A stretch of DNA of 64,000 bases from Caldisericia bacterium (GTDB lineage Bacteria > Caldisericota > Caldisericia > JAAYUI01). Both the position numbers and the translations under genes were made by a program. The notes under the pieces are model-generated. The model had not been told where the DNA came from. It did no database searches and saw only the letters and a list, made by a program, of their open reading frames with translations. The stretch lies in assembly GCA_963674785.1 (NCBI GenBank), contig OY771555.1, forward strand, positions 384,001-448,000, written 5' to 3'. Shown piece after piece: positions 48,823 to 58,692 of the stretch. How positions within the stretch are numbered: the first letter of the stretch is position 1; each line of letters begins with the position of its first letter.

Positions 48823-50271
48823 CTACCCCTTTATAACCCCCAGCGGAACCATCTTCGCGACCTTGTTTGCAATACCCGCATTGTGAAGAACCCCCACCAC
48901 CTCAGATACATCCTTGTAGGCATCGGGTGCCTCTTCGACAAATGTGCTGTTGCTTTTGGCTTTTGCAAAAATTCCTTTGTTTTTGAGGGTTGCAAAGAGG
49001 TCTCCCGCTCTGAATCTTTTTTTCGCTGCAGTCCTTGATAAAGCACGTCCTGCCCCATGACAACAGGATGCAAAGGTTTCCTTTGCACCCTCTGCAGTTC
49101 CGACCATCACATATGAACAGCTGCCCATATCCCCTGGCACAAGCACAGGGTGGCCAGAATTCTTGTAAGTTTCTGGCAGGTCTGGGAATCCCGCTGGGAA
49201 AGCTCTTGTTGCACCTTTTCTATGAACGATCAGTTTTTTACCATCATGGATTTCACGCTTTGCGATGTTGTGGGCAACATCATAAACAATCTCTCCACCA
49301 ATTTTAGAAATAGGCATATCTAAAACTGTGACAAGGCTTTCACGCACCCAGTGTGTTATGAGTTGTCTGTTTGCCCAGGCATAGTTTGCAGAGGCAACCA
49401 TCGCAGAAAAATATTTTTTGCCCTCAGGGCTATCAAATGGTGCGCATGCAAGCTGTCTGTCGGGAAGTTCAATATTGTATTTCCTGACAGCCTTTTGCAT
49501 GACTTCAATGTAGTCACTTGCGACCTGGTGACCAAAACCACGTGAGCCAGTATGGACAAGTACCACAAGCTGACCAGGGAAAAGCCCAAAGGTTTCAGCA
49601 ATACTGCTGTCAAAACATTTATCAACCTTTTGAATCTCTATGAAGTGATTCCCCGCACCAAGTGTTCCAACCTGCCCTGCTCCACGCTGATAGGCTTTAT
49701 CTGAAACGGCTGTGGGATCTGCTCCCTCCATTGCTCCACCCTCTTCGATGTGTTTGAAGTCATCATCAAATCCAAAGCCTTTTCCTATCGCCCACTTTGC
49801 ACCCTTTGTCATCACCTCTGTCAGCTCATGTTTGTTTGCATGATATCTTCCAGATGATCCGACTCCTGCTGGGATATTTTTGAAAAACTCAAAAACCATG
49901 GCTTTCACTTTTTCTTTGACCTCATCAGCTTTCAGGTTTGTCCTGATGAGCCTTACACCGCAATTGATGTCATATCCAACTCCTCCGGGAGAGATCACAC
50001 CATCAGACTCAGTAAACGCTGCAACACCACCAATTGGAAAACCATAACCCCAGTGGACATCAGGCATGGCGATAGAATTGCCAATAATCCCCGGAAGACA
50101 GGCAACATTACAGACCTGCTCTGGAGCGTTATCTGCTAGAAGCTTTTTTTCAAGAGTATCATTACAGTACACAAGCCCATCTGTTCTCATACAGGGTTTG
50201 TTGCTTCTTGAAATTTTCAATCTATTACTATCAATTCTTTCCTTTTTTCCGTTCCATGGCTGTTTTGGCAT
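48823..50271 (-). CDS. rtcB: RtcB-family RNA ligase
   Basis: MPDVHWGYGFPIGG, GYDINCG, GTLGAGNHF, HTGSRG, HRKGATRA, HGAGR, EEAPDAYK. Confidence 0.97.
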   Translation of the reverse strand: MPKQPWNGKKERIDSNRLKISRSNKPCMRTDGLVYCNDTLEKKLLADNAPEQVCNVACLPGIIGNSIAMPDVHWGYGFPIGGVAAFTESDGVISPGGVGYDINCGVRLIRTNLKADEVKEKVKAMVFEFFKNIPAGVGSSGRYHANKHELTEVMTKGAKWAIGKGFGFDDDFKHIEEGGAMEGADPTAVSDKAYQRGAGQVGTLGAGNHFIEIQKVDKCFDSSIAETFGLFPGQLVVLVHTGSRGFGHQVASDYIEVMQKAVRKYNIELPDRQLACAPFDSPEGKKYFSAMVASANYAWANRQLITHWVRESLVTVLDMPISKIGGEIVYDVAHNIAKREIHDGKKLIVHRKGATRAFPAGFPDLPETYKNSGHPVLVPGDMGSCSYVMVGTAEGAKETFASCCHGAGRALSRTAAKKRFRAGDLFATLKNKGIFAKAKSNSTFVEEAPDAYKDVSEVVGVLHNAGIANKVAKMVPLGVIKG

Positions 50272-50424
50272 GATGACCTCCTGATTGAAATTATTTTAGC
50301 AAAAATATGAATGATTTCTACAAGCCAGATTTTTAAGTGTTGTTTAATAAACATTTATTGAAGATAAGTGGATTAATGATGTAGCAAAGAATAAAATCAG
50401 AGCTGTAGAAAAAGGGGGTGCTTT

Positions 50425-52980
50425 ATGAAAAGATTTTTAAAAAACACTGTGATTGTTCTTTTATCGGTTGCGATTCTTTTGGTGGGAAACAGTTCTATCC
50501 CAAACTGCAACTCAGCTTACAATGAAACAAACCAAAGTCTGCAGATAAGGTTTGAGATTGGAAACACAAACTATTGGGTAAATGGGGTTCCAGTTGAAAA
50601 ACAGGTAGTTCAGGAGACAGCACCTGTAATAAAAAATGGCAGAACATTCATATTGCTCAGGTATCTTGTCAAACAGCTTCCCTGGATAGGCGAAATGAAG
50701 TTTGAAAAGAATGTAGAGCTTTACCCTAAAGGAAGAGTAGAGATAGGCTTCACAGATAGAGACAAAAAGATATATCTCTATGTTGATGAGTCAATTGCAG
50801 AGGTCGTAGAAGATGGAAAAACCTCAAAGATTCAGATAGACCCAGAAAATGAGGATGTGGTTCCTTTCATAATCTCTGGAAGGCTTCACCTTCCTCTCAG
50901 GTTTCTTGGAGAGCAAACTGATGCAATAAAGATCCTTTGGGATGATGAAAAGAAACTCGCAGAATTATGGTATATCAGTCCATATGAAGTAGCTCTTACA
51001 AACAGAACTCCAGTAAATGGATACAACTCCTCAAGAGCAAGATTTTCTGAGGTAACTCACCATACAGAACCACTTGATGATTTCTGTTTTGATGAATACT
51101 GGGAAGTAAAGATTGAATACGACTCATGGGATTTAAGTACCAAGAATGTCTTGTGTGTTTCAAAGAAACTTGGGGCTGAGATTGAGAGACTGAATAATGA
51201 AGAATCATATGTTCTCTTCAAATATCTCTGTATTGGGAAGTATATATTCATCATTGATGTAAAAGAAGATGATTCAGAGGTCACGGATTGTTGTGATTTT
51301 GATGTTGATATTGAGGTTGAAGAATCCAATCCAGGTTTAATGTGGAGAATCTGGCTAAAACAAAATACAAAATGTTCTCAACAGGTAACTTTACGTGCAG
51401 ATTGCAATAACCGGGATGGATTAAGAGATGCAGGATATTATTGCTCAGATAGCAACAAAGTTTTTGGTACTTTTTATGAAGAACAAAACAATGAGAGTCT
51501 GCTTCCAACCTATGAAAATCACTTCGGTAATGATGAATATTCAGAAGAAGATGATAATTATTACAATATAAAAATTGAGGAAGCTTTTGATACAGTATCT
51601 ACATCGGATGGCAATATTCATCTACTCTGGACTGAAGAATATATCCTATATAAGAGCAAAAACTTCTACCTACTGAATTATGCATATTATGATGGCAAAG
51701 ACTGGAGAAACGCCAAAAATGAACTTTACCCTGAAAATTCAGCTCTTGTTTCCAGACATGCTGAGAGAATTCTTGATGTCAGTCTTGCGGTTGGGGAGAA
51801 CAATACCCCTCATATTGCCTGGGACTATAATTATAAAGAAGGTCACAAGGATGTGATCAGGCTTAGTTATGCAAGATGGAATGGGACAGAATGGGTTGAT
51901 AACTCAAACAAGAAATTGACAGAAGAGAACTATATTTGCCGCTCAGGTTCAGAACCAGAATTACTTCTGGATAGCAGCAATAACCCATACATTTTTTGTC
52001 TAAATAAAGGTAGCATTTTTGAAGTATCTGAATTAGGGTTCATCTACTCAAAAGAACCTGGTGTGTGGTTAAACTTGGAAAATAAAAACATAAAGGATGA
52101 CATTGATGGGCTTGTCATCAGAGAGATTCCTACCGGACTTAATTATGGGTTTGACGACTGGTTTGAGACGAGTAGACCATTTTCAGTAGTTATGGATTCA
52201 AAAGATAATATACATCTCGTGTACCAGGCTGATTATGATGGGAAGTGCTGTATATTTTATGATGTGTTTTCGGATGGAAAATTCTCTGAAAATAGTGAAC
52301 CAGTCAATTATCTTGAAGGGATGAATCCAGTGATTTCAATAGATGAAGATGATAATCCAATCATAATGTGGTCTGATTATTACAAAGAATACGGCAAATG
52401 GTCGACTCTTGCTAGGATATTTTTCATCAAAAAATCAGAGAATGGATGGGAGAACATTCATGGGGAAGATATTCAAAATAATTCTGCATTGTTGTTTTTC
52501 CAATCATCATTTATAAAGATTGTACCTTATATCTACCCTCTCGGAGATAATAAGTATACATTTATTCTTCGCGGTTCAGAGCATGGATTTCCTTCATACA
52601 AATCCATTATCAAAAAATGGCCTGAAGATATACACTCTGCACAAGAATATGAGGCTTTAGATGATCTGTGGGTATTCCCACCCCTTAAAAATACAAACAA
52701 CATGGATTATATCCTGCGCAAAACCTTTGAAGGGATATATCTTTACAAGACGGATGAATCACTAAGCTCATTGCAATCTTTGGATAAGGAAAAAGTTGGA
52801 ATCGATTACTCGGGAACAGTAGAACTCCAAAACTGTGAACTCAAACATTACAATGCATTCATGATTTTTGAAAAATATGATTATCATGCTGATGTAGAAG
52901 CTGAATTACCAATAACAGTTGACATCATCATTGAATCAGATTGCGGGATAACAAAGGAATACTCGGTTCAGATTGAATAG
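50425..52980 (+). CDS. Secreted protein with N-terminal stalk domain and beta-repeat region
   Basis: Signal peptide; APVIKNGRTFILLRY, GRLHLPLRFLGE; IHLLW / PHIAW / IHLVY / PIIMW repeats. Confidence 0.8.
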   Translation: MKRFLKNTVIVLLSVAILLVGNSSIPNCNSAYNETNQSLQIRFEIGNTNYWVNGVPVEKQVVQETAPVIKNGRTFILLRYLVKQLPWIGEMKFEKNVELYPKGRVEIGFTDRDKKIYLYVDESIAEVVEDGKTSKIQIDPENEDVVPFIISGRLHLPLRFLGEQTDAIKILWDDEKKLAELWYISPYEVALTNRTPVNGYNSSRARFSEVTHHTEPLDDFCFDEYWEVKIEYDSWDLSTKNVLCVSKKLGAEIERLNNEESYVLFKYLCIGKYIFIIDVKEDDSEVTDCCDFDVDIEVEESNPGLMWRIWLKQNTKCSQQVTLRADCNNRDGLRDAGYYCSDSNKVFGTFYEEQNNESLLPTYENHFGNDEYSEEDDNYYNIKIEEAFDTVSTSDGNIHLLWTEEYILYKSKNFYLLNYAYYDGKDWRNAKNELYPENSALVSRHAERILDVSLAVGENNTPHIAWDYNYKEGHKDVIRLSYARWNGTEWVDNSNKKLTEENYICRSGSEPELLLDSSNNPYIFCLNKGSIFEVSELGFIYSKEPGVWLNLENKNIKDDIDGLVIREIPTGLNYGFDDWFETSRPFSVVMDSKDNIHLVYQADYDGKCCIFYDVFSDGKFSENSEPVNYLEGMNPVISIDEDDNPIIMWSDYYKEYGKWSTLARIFFIKKSENGWENIHGEDIQNNSALLFFQSSFIKIVPYIYPLGDNKYTFILRGSEHGFPSYKSIIKKWPEDIHSAQEYEALDDLWVFPPLKNTNNMDYILRKTFEGIYLYKTDESLSSLQSLDKEKVGIDYSGTVELQNCELKHYNAFMIFEKYDYHADVEAELPITVDIIIESDCGITKEYSVQIE

Positions 52981-53204
52981 ATGATAAACTAAAAATTAAC
53001 AAACCCCAACTATTTCCAAACAGATAATCCAGAAAATAGACATAAAAATATCGCAAAACGTTATAAAAAACTGCCATTGAAGGGTCATATTTCATAATCA
53101 TCAAAACTAAAACCCATGCCCACAAGTTCAGTTTTGTTAATGATATTTTTTTGCAATATGATAATCTGGAGTTAATTTTTTTCACATCACCAAGGAATAT
53201 CGAT

Positions 53205-53232
53205 TTGACAATTCAGATTAAGTTGATATTAT
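53205..53232 (+). promoter_or_regulatory. Sigma70-type promoter of the V4R operon
   Basis: TTGACA-16-TATTAT with TG extension. Confidence 0.65.
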
Positions 53233-53313
53233 TTTAATGTGTGAAGAAGCACTTTTCTATTAGCTGAGATGGGGAAAATCCCCACATGGTATGTAATACT
53301 TTGGAGGTAAGTC

Positions 53314-53793
53314 ATGTCCGAAATTGATGAAAGATGGATCAACTCTCTTGTCAACGGATTTTTAAGATCCTTTGCCTATATCGTTGGAGTTGAACAGTTG
53401 AAAATGTTCGTTTCTAAAGCTGGTGAAGCAATTATGGCTAGCGCTGATGAAGATCAATCTATGCCCGTAACTGGGTCTTCGATTCCAGAAATAGTAAAAT
53501 CTGTTGGAGATATTTTTGTTGCGGTAAACCCGACTAACCTGGACTGGAAAACAGATGCAACAGAAAATGGTGTGAAATTATCCATAAACAAATGCCCATT
53601 TTCAGGTCTCTGTTCTGAGATGATTGGAGAGATTATTGCCAGTGGTCGAGTTGAGAAAAAAAGAGTTCCATGTTTAATGTCAGAATTTGCAACAGGTAGC
53701 TGCAGAGTTAAAGGTATTAAGGCTAGAGCTACAATCGATTCCTTCTCACCAGGACACCTTTGCGTTTCAGAAATCGCAAAATCGGAGGTTTAA
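53314..53793 (+). CDS. V4R-fold / methanogen output domain 1 (MetOD1)-like protein
   Basis: GGAGG RBS; KCPFSGLC...PCLM...GHLC Cys pattern. Confidence 0.7.
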   Translation: MSEIDERWINSLVNGFLRSFAYIVGVEQLKMFVSKAGEAIMASADEDQSMPVTGSSIPEIVKSVGDIFVAVNPTNLDWKTDATENGVKLSINKCPFSGLCSEMIGEIIASGRVEKKRVPCLMSEFATGSCRVKGIKARATIDSFSPGHLCVSEIAKSEV

Positions 53794-53794
53794 T

Positions 53795-54343
53795 ATGAGT
53801 CTCAGAGAAAACATGATGAAACAAATCGATGTTGATGCAGAAAAATCTGAACTGAGAGTTGCTGGACAGCTGTTTGCGTATCACTGTGACAAATTCAACA
53901 CAAGGATTTTGAAGGGACTTGAAGACACACTTGGATTTGAAAAAGCAAGAGATCTTCTTGAAAATTCTGCAGAATCCACAATGTATGATACACTCACAGG
54001 GATGTTTGATCTCTTTGAAGGAAGCACCCCAGAAGAAAAGCTCAATTCAATCTTCGAGGCTTACAAGGTTCTTGGTCACGGAAACATCTCCGTAAAAGAG
54101 ATTTCAGCATCTGGTGGAACAGCCACAGCAAAACCCTCATACATGGTCGAAGGGTGGCTCGAAAATGAAGAACGCTGGGGTTGGGGAAAAAGAGAAAATC
54201 CAATATGTCATGATGAAGCAGGTGCAATCGCAGCAGCATTCGAGATAGCATTTGGGCTATCAAAAGGTTCAGCAAAAGTTACCGAGACACAGTGTTATGT
54301 CACAGGTGCAGATTCCTGTGAGTTTAAGATTGAGGTGGCATAA
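53795..54343 (+). CDS. Stand-alone V4R-domain protein
   Basis: Start ATG 53795 (GGAGG); LGHG, PICH..AG, ETQCYVTGADSCEF motifs. Confidence 0.85.
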   Translation: MSLRENMMKQIDVDAEKSELRVAGQLFAYHCDKFNTRILKGLEDTLGFEKARDLLENSAESTMYDTLTGMFDLFEGSTPEEKLNSIFEAYKVLGHGNISVKEISASGGTATAKPSYMVEGWLENEERWGWGKRENPICHDEAGAIAAAFEIAFGLSKGSAKVTETQCYVTGADSCEFKIEVA

Positions 54344-54960
54344 TGATAGATCAAGAAGCAGTAAGAAACGCATTCCTGGGCATGGGTCTTGTTGGAAGTG
54401 AAGCAGACGGGATACTCAGAAAGTTCAATGTCATCCTGAAAGCCGACAACGCAAACTACCTCATTGGTCGTGAATTTGATTTAATAGAAAACATGGGTGG
54501 GGAACCATCCAGAAAACTTGCCGAAAAAGTTCTCATTGATGCTGCACAGTGGTGTGCCGTTGCAACATTTGGTGGAATCATGGGTTCAGATGAATGGAAA
54601 CAGATGATTGAACCAAACATCTCAAACAGCCAGGACAAGTTCGCAGGTATAGTAGCAATAACAAATTGTCTCGGCTGGGGAAAGGTAACAGACTGGAAAC
54701 TCGACGAAGAGGCAAAAACTCTTGATCTGACAGTTTCTCACAGTTACTATGTTGAAGCATTTAAAAGCAGATACGGCAAAAATGCTCAATTCCCAATATG
54801 TTACATGTGGACGGGAGTAGCTGGTGGTTACCTGGATTTGCTTTTTGACAAGAGACCAGGTACATTTACCGGTGTGGAAAATGAATGTGCAGCTATTTCA
54901 GGAGATGTTTGCAAATTCAGCGCAAAAGAATCCAAGAAGAAATTCGGATTTAATATGTAA
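54343..54960 (+). CDS. Stand-alone V4R-domain protein
   Basis: LGWG, PICYMWTG..GG, ENECAAISGDVCKF; TAATG coupling with upstream gene. Confidence 0.85.
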   Translation: MIDQEAVRNAFLGMGLVGSEADGILRKFNVILKADNANYLIGREFDLIENMGGEPSRKLAEKVLIDAAQWCAVATFGGIMGSDEWKQMIEPNISNSQDKFAGIVAITNCLGWGKVTDWKLDEEAKTLDLTVSHSYYVEAFKSRYGKNAQFPICYMWTGVAGGYLDLLFDKRPGTFTGVENECAAISGDVCKFSAKESKKKFGFNM

Positions 54961-54971
54961 GGAGTGTAAAA

Positions 54972-55349
54972 GTGCCATCAATAACAGAACAATTGTCTTC
55001 CATTCTGAGTAGCTTAAAATCAAATGTGATGGGTGTTGAAAAAGCGATCGTAGGTTCATCAGATGGTCTTATTCTTGCTTCAACTACCCATGAAGAATCT
55101 GATGAGAGAATGTCCGCTATGTGCGCATCTCTCCTTTCAATTGGCAGAAGAACAGCTGAGACCCTTACAAAACCAACTCTTGATGATGTTACAATCAGAA
55201 CAGGAGAAGGTTATATAACAATCTTTGCTGTCGCAAGGGAAGCCGTTATCGTTGTTTCAACATCTGGAGAACAGAAAAACCTCGGAATGCTCTACCTCGA
55301 AGGAAGCAAAGCCGCAAAAGCCATGCAGAAGGTTTTTGAGCAGTCATAA
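54972..55349 (+). CDS. Roadblock/LC7 (MglB-like) protein
   Basis: GVEKAIVGSSDGLILAS, MSAMCASLLSIG, NLGMLYLE; 125 aa. Confidence 0.9.
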   Translation: MPSITEQLSSILSSLKSNVMGVEKAIVGSSDGLILASTTHEESDERMSAMCASLLSIGRRTAETLTKPTLDDVTIRTGEGYITIFAVAREAVIVVSTSGEQKNLGMLYLEGSKAAKAMQKVFEQS

Positions 55350-55358
55350 TCAAAAAAA

Positions 55359-56525
55359 ATGTTTAAAGCTGATTTCCCTGCTGCCAAAGATGTTCACAAT
55401 TTTGACTCTGCGGCAACAGGACTTTTACCGAACTCTGTGATAGATGGTGTGACAGAGTATTGGCAGAATTCCTGCTCGAACGCAGGGAGATCGGCATATT
55501 ACAGGTCGCTTGAGATAACTGACTTCATCGATAATGCAAGGTCGGAAATCGCCAGTTTTTTTGGTGCCTATTCTTCCGAGTTGCTCTTTACACCTGGAGC
55601 GACTCATTCAATCAACTGGGTCGCCCTTGGCTGTCTCAATTCCAAAAGCGATTCGATTCTTGTAACAAAAGCTGATCATCACGCCAATATCTTACCCTGG
55701 CTAAATCTTCAAAAAAAGGGTGTAGAAATAAGATTGGTTAACTGTGATAAGTTTGGCAGAATTGATATTGACGATTTCAGAGCCAAAGTCAAAGGCTGTA
55801 AAATTGCAGCATTTTCCGGAGCATCAAATGTTACCGGAGCAATCCAGGATATTAAAACCCTCACAAAAATCGCAAGGGATAATGGTACACTCTCCCTCAT
55901 TGATGCAGCACAGCTTGCACCCCACAAAAAAATCAACTTCAAAGAAACCGGTTGTGATTTTATGGCGATTGCTGGTCATAAGCTTCTCTCTCCAAAAGGG
56001 ATTGGCATCCTTCTTTCAAGAGTCGAAAGTCAAAATCAAATCGACCCATGTATTCTCGGTGGAGGAGGAATAGAAGATATCAATGAATCAGACTTTTCAA
56101 TGAAGGGGTATCCATTAGGTTTTGAATCGGGCACACCATCAGTAGAAGGCATAATTGGACTTTTTCATGCTACAAAATGGTACAGGGATAAAAATCAAGA
56201 CATAGTTTACCAACATGAAGAGCTGCTGAGAAACAAGATTCAAAAACATTTTACTGATATGGGTATAGAAGTAATTAACCCGAAAAATTCAACCCCACTT
56301 ATAACCTTCAACATCGAAGGTTTACGACCACACATAATCGCAAGCAAACTTGACAGATTCGGCAGAGTTTTGGTGCGATCTGGACACATGTGTGCCATCC
56401 CATTTACAAGAACTGTCCACAAAAAGAGGAATGGATTCATAAGAGTATCAATTGGTCCATGGAATAATAATGATGATGTTGAAACCCTTGTTACAACAAT
56501 GAGGAGAATTCTTGATGAGAATTAG
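55359..56525 (+). CDS. SufS/CsdA-like cysteine desulfurase (PLP, class V)
   Basis: FDSAAT, DHHAN, DAAQ, AGHK (PLP Lys), VRSGHMCA (catalytic Cys). Confidence 0.9.
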   Translation: MFKADFPAAKDVHNFDSAATGLLPNSVIDGVTEYWQNSCSNAGRSAYYRSLEITDFIDNARSEIASFFGAYSSELLFTPGATHSINWVALGCLNSKSDSILVTKADHHANILPWLNLQKKGVEIRLVNCDKFGRIDIDDFRAKVKGCKIAAFSGASNVTGAIQDIKTLTKIARDNGTLSLIDAAQLAPHKKINFKETGCDFMAIAGHKLLSPKGIGILLSRVESQNQIDPCILGGGGIEDINESDFSMKGYPLGFESGTPSVEGIIGLFHATKWYRDKNQDIVYQHEELLRNKIQKHFTDMGIEVINPKNSTPLITFNIEGLRPHIIASKLDRFGRVLVRSGHMCAIPFTRTVHKKRNGFIRVSIGPWNNNDDVETLVTTMRRILDEN

Positions 56526-56784
56526 GGTTTTAGAGCTTTGTTCATATGGAAGCACCGGAGATTTTGAGGCAATTGATTTTGATGGGGAGAGAATTGACCT
56601 CGACCACATTCCAGAAGGTTGGGAACCCAAGGGTGGCAACCAAGAAGCCAAGAAGTTCATTAAGAAGAGTTGGACAATTGAAGTCTACGCAGAGGGAAGA
56701 ATTATTCTGCTTGACATACCAACAAAAAATGGCAAAGAAATATCAGAGTCGCTATTGTTAGGCTGGCCTCGACTCAAAAAATAA
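56512..56784 (+). CDS. Small hypothetical protein coupled to the desulfurase
   Basis: GAGGAG RBS within upstream gene; single Cys (ELCS); IEVYAEGRIIL. Confidence 0.65.
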   Translation: MMRIRVLELCSYGSTGDFEAIDFDGERIDLDHIPEGWEPKGGNQEAKKFIKKSWTIEVYAEGRIILLDIPTKNGKEISESLLLGWPRLKK

Positions 56785-56789
56785 TACTA

Positions 56790-57335
56790 CTATTCAGGTG
56801 ATACTGGCTGGTTAAGAATCACCTCAAAGAAAACGGTATAAAGAGCATCTTTTGCGCTTGCCTTATCCCTGCCAACACATTCAACAATTTTGCAATCGAC
56901 AATCGGCTCAAAATACTGCTTCATTCCCTCCATTGAGATAACACTTGGAAGGTCGGATTTGTTTGCAACAATTATTATTGGCACATTTGTTCTGCTTGTA
57001 TAAAACTTAACAAAATTCTTTGCACCCATAACAGAACTGAAATCAGATCTATCAACCATAATCATTATTGCAATCGAACCATTTATCTGGTCTTCCCAGA
57101 TAAAATCAAACCTTTCCTGACCGGGAGTTCCAAAAAGATAGATTGAGAGATCTTCAGATATAATTATCTTCCCAAAATCAATCCCAACTGTCGTGTATTT
57201 TTTTTCACCCTCTGCACCAGTTGATAAAATTTCTTCTGTTGCGACAAACTCAGTATCGGATAAGGTTTGAATAAAAGTAGTTTTTCCAGAAGAAAAGGGG
57301 CCGGTTATCAATATTTTATATCTTTCTTCCATCAT
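56790..57335 (-). CDS. MglA-type small GTPase (Ras superfamily)
   Basis: G1 GPFSSGKT, G2 TTVGIDFG, G3 GTPGQERF, G4 NKSD. Confidence 0.92.
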   Translation of the reverse strand: MMEERYKILITGPFSSGKTTFIQTLSDTEFVATEEILSTGAEGEKKYTTVGIDFGKIIISEDLSIYLFGTPGQERFDFIWEDQINGSIAIMIMVDRSDFSSVMGAKNFVKFYTSRTNVPIIIVANKSDLPSVISMEGMKQYFEPIVDCKIVECVGRDKASAKDALYTVFFEVILNQPVSPE

Positions 57336-57934
57336 CCACCAAGTCTTTCGAGGAATTTTCTTATCTTTCTTATAAGGGAAAAGCCAATGCTTGCGGTTTT
57401 TTCTTTTCTTACCCTTTTGATAATATTGACATTTTCAAGTCCATAAAGAATCTTTGAAATCGATTCTATGTCCATTTCCAGAGCCAACCTTATCTGAAGG
57501 ACAGATTTTTTTTCAGAGAGTTGAGCCAGTACCTTCCATTCGTCAGAATCCAACTCAAGATCACCAAGGTTGAGAACTTTAGACAATTCAAACAGCATAT
57601 CATCGCTGTATATATCTAGGCAAACCTCTGGTCTCTCCATTTGCTTTGTGAGTTTATGAACGAATTCGTCATGTGAATCATTCACCGAATAACGATACTC
57701 CCTGGGATAGACTGTTGACCCAGAAAAATAATAATTTCCACTTTCAACAGAAACAATGAGATCAATAAAAACACCTTCATGGTCAGAAGCTCCGCCAATA
57801 ATTGCGCCATCTCGAAAATAGATGTCAACGGTCTTCTCGCCATCAAGGGTCAATGTCCCGGAAATCCTGATCGATGCAAGAAGACTTATCACATCAATCA
57901 AGATACTTCTTTCAAGTTCTCCTCTGATATCCAT
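57332..57934 (-). CDS. DUF4388 (PATAN-like) protein with C-terminal winged-helix-like region
   Basis: IRGEL....IDVISLL.....SGTLTL......IYFRDGAI; EWKVLAQL...LYGLE; ATGA overlap with GTPase. Confidence 0.8.
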   Translation of the reverse strand: MDIRGELERSILIDVISLLASIRISGTLTLDGEKTVDIYFRDGAIIGGASDHEGVFIDLIVSVESGNYYFSGSTVYPREYRYSVNDSHDEFVHKLTKQMERPEVCLDIYSDDMLFELSKVLNLGDLELDSDEWKVLAQLSEKKSVLQIRLALEMDIESISKILYGLENVNIIKRVRKEKTASIGFSLIRKIRKFLERLGG

Positions 57935-58044
57935 ACCACCATTGTAGCAGCTTTTTTTTGATTTGCAAGCAATAATATTTACAAAAACATTTTGTTCTTT
58001 CTTGAATCATGTATAATTGTTGATATTTATTTTACCAATAAAAA

Positions 58045-58692
58045 CTACTTAAATCCGAGTTTTTTTGGTTGTCGTTCTGCAGCTGCGTTAAAAGCCAAAT
58101 TGGACAGAAACTTTTTGATTGAACCTGCCAAATTCACCGTGTTTGTTATGCCTGCTTCAATTCTTACTCTTTTTACAACCCCAATTTGCTCAAGAGCAAA
58201 AATGATTTTCCTTGAAGTTAAATGGCTAAGACCAAGTGCTATTGAAATCTTGCTAATATCAGTCTTTTCGGAAAGCATCGCTACAACCCTCCACTCGTTA
58301 ACATCAAGAGTAACTCCATCGAGAATAAAATCCCTAGAAAGCTCAAATTCGAATTGTGTATCGTAAAGATCTGGATTTATATAGTCATCACTGATGTTTT
58401 TTGCGATAAGATGAATTATTGAATTTGTTGAGATATTGGGTTTGATTCCATCAATATTAGGAACAGGATTTTGGTCGGCAAAAAAATAACTTCCGCTACC
58501 AAAATTTGCGATCTGACTGTAAACGGACTCTCCGTCCTCGTTTGCACAAAGGGTATCTATCGAGCCATCTTTAAAAACTATTTCAATTGCACGGTTTCCG
58601 CTTAGAGAAAGTATGCCTGAAGCACCAGAGGAATTCAAAAAACTAATGACCTCCAACGGTGTAGTTTTTCCAATTCTTCCTTGTATACCCAT
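58045..58692 (-). CDS. DUF4388 (PATAN-like) protein, paralog
   Basis: IQGRI....LEVISFL.....SGILSL......IVFKDGSI; EWRVVAML...LEQIGVV. Confidence 0.8.
   Translation of the reverse strand: MGIQGRIGKTTPLEVISFLNSSGASGILSLSGNRAIEIVFKDGSIDTLCANEDGESVYSQIANFGSGSYFFADQNPVPNIDGIKPNISTNSIIHLIAKNISDDYINPDLYDTQFEFELSRDFILDGVTLDVNEWRVVAMLSEKTDISKISIALGLSHLTSRKIIFALEQIGVVKRVRIEAGITNTVNLAGSIKKFLSNLAFNAAAERQPKKLGFK

Noticed and set aside
48823-50271. rtcB as part of an RNA-repair or defence operon
   Set aside because: No rtcA, rtcR, archease, Ro/TROVE or toxin gene adjacent
53233-53313. Possible riboswitch in the V4R operon leader (hairpin atgggg-aaaat-ccccacat)
   Set aside because: Only one short hairpin; no recognisable c-di-GMP or other aptamer core
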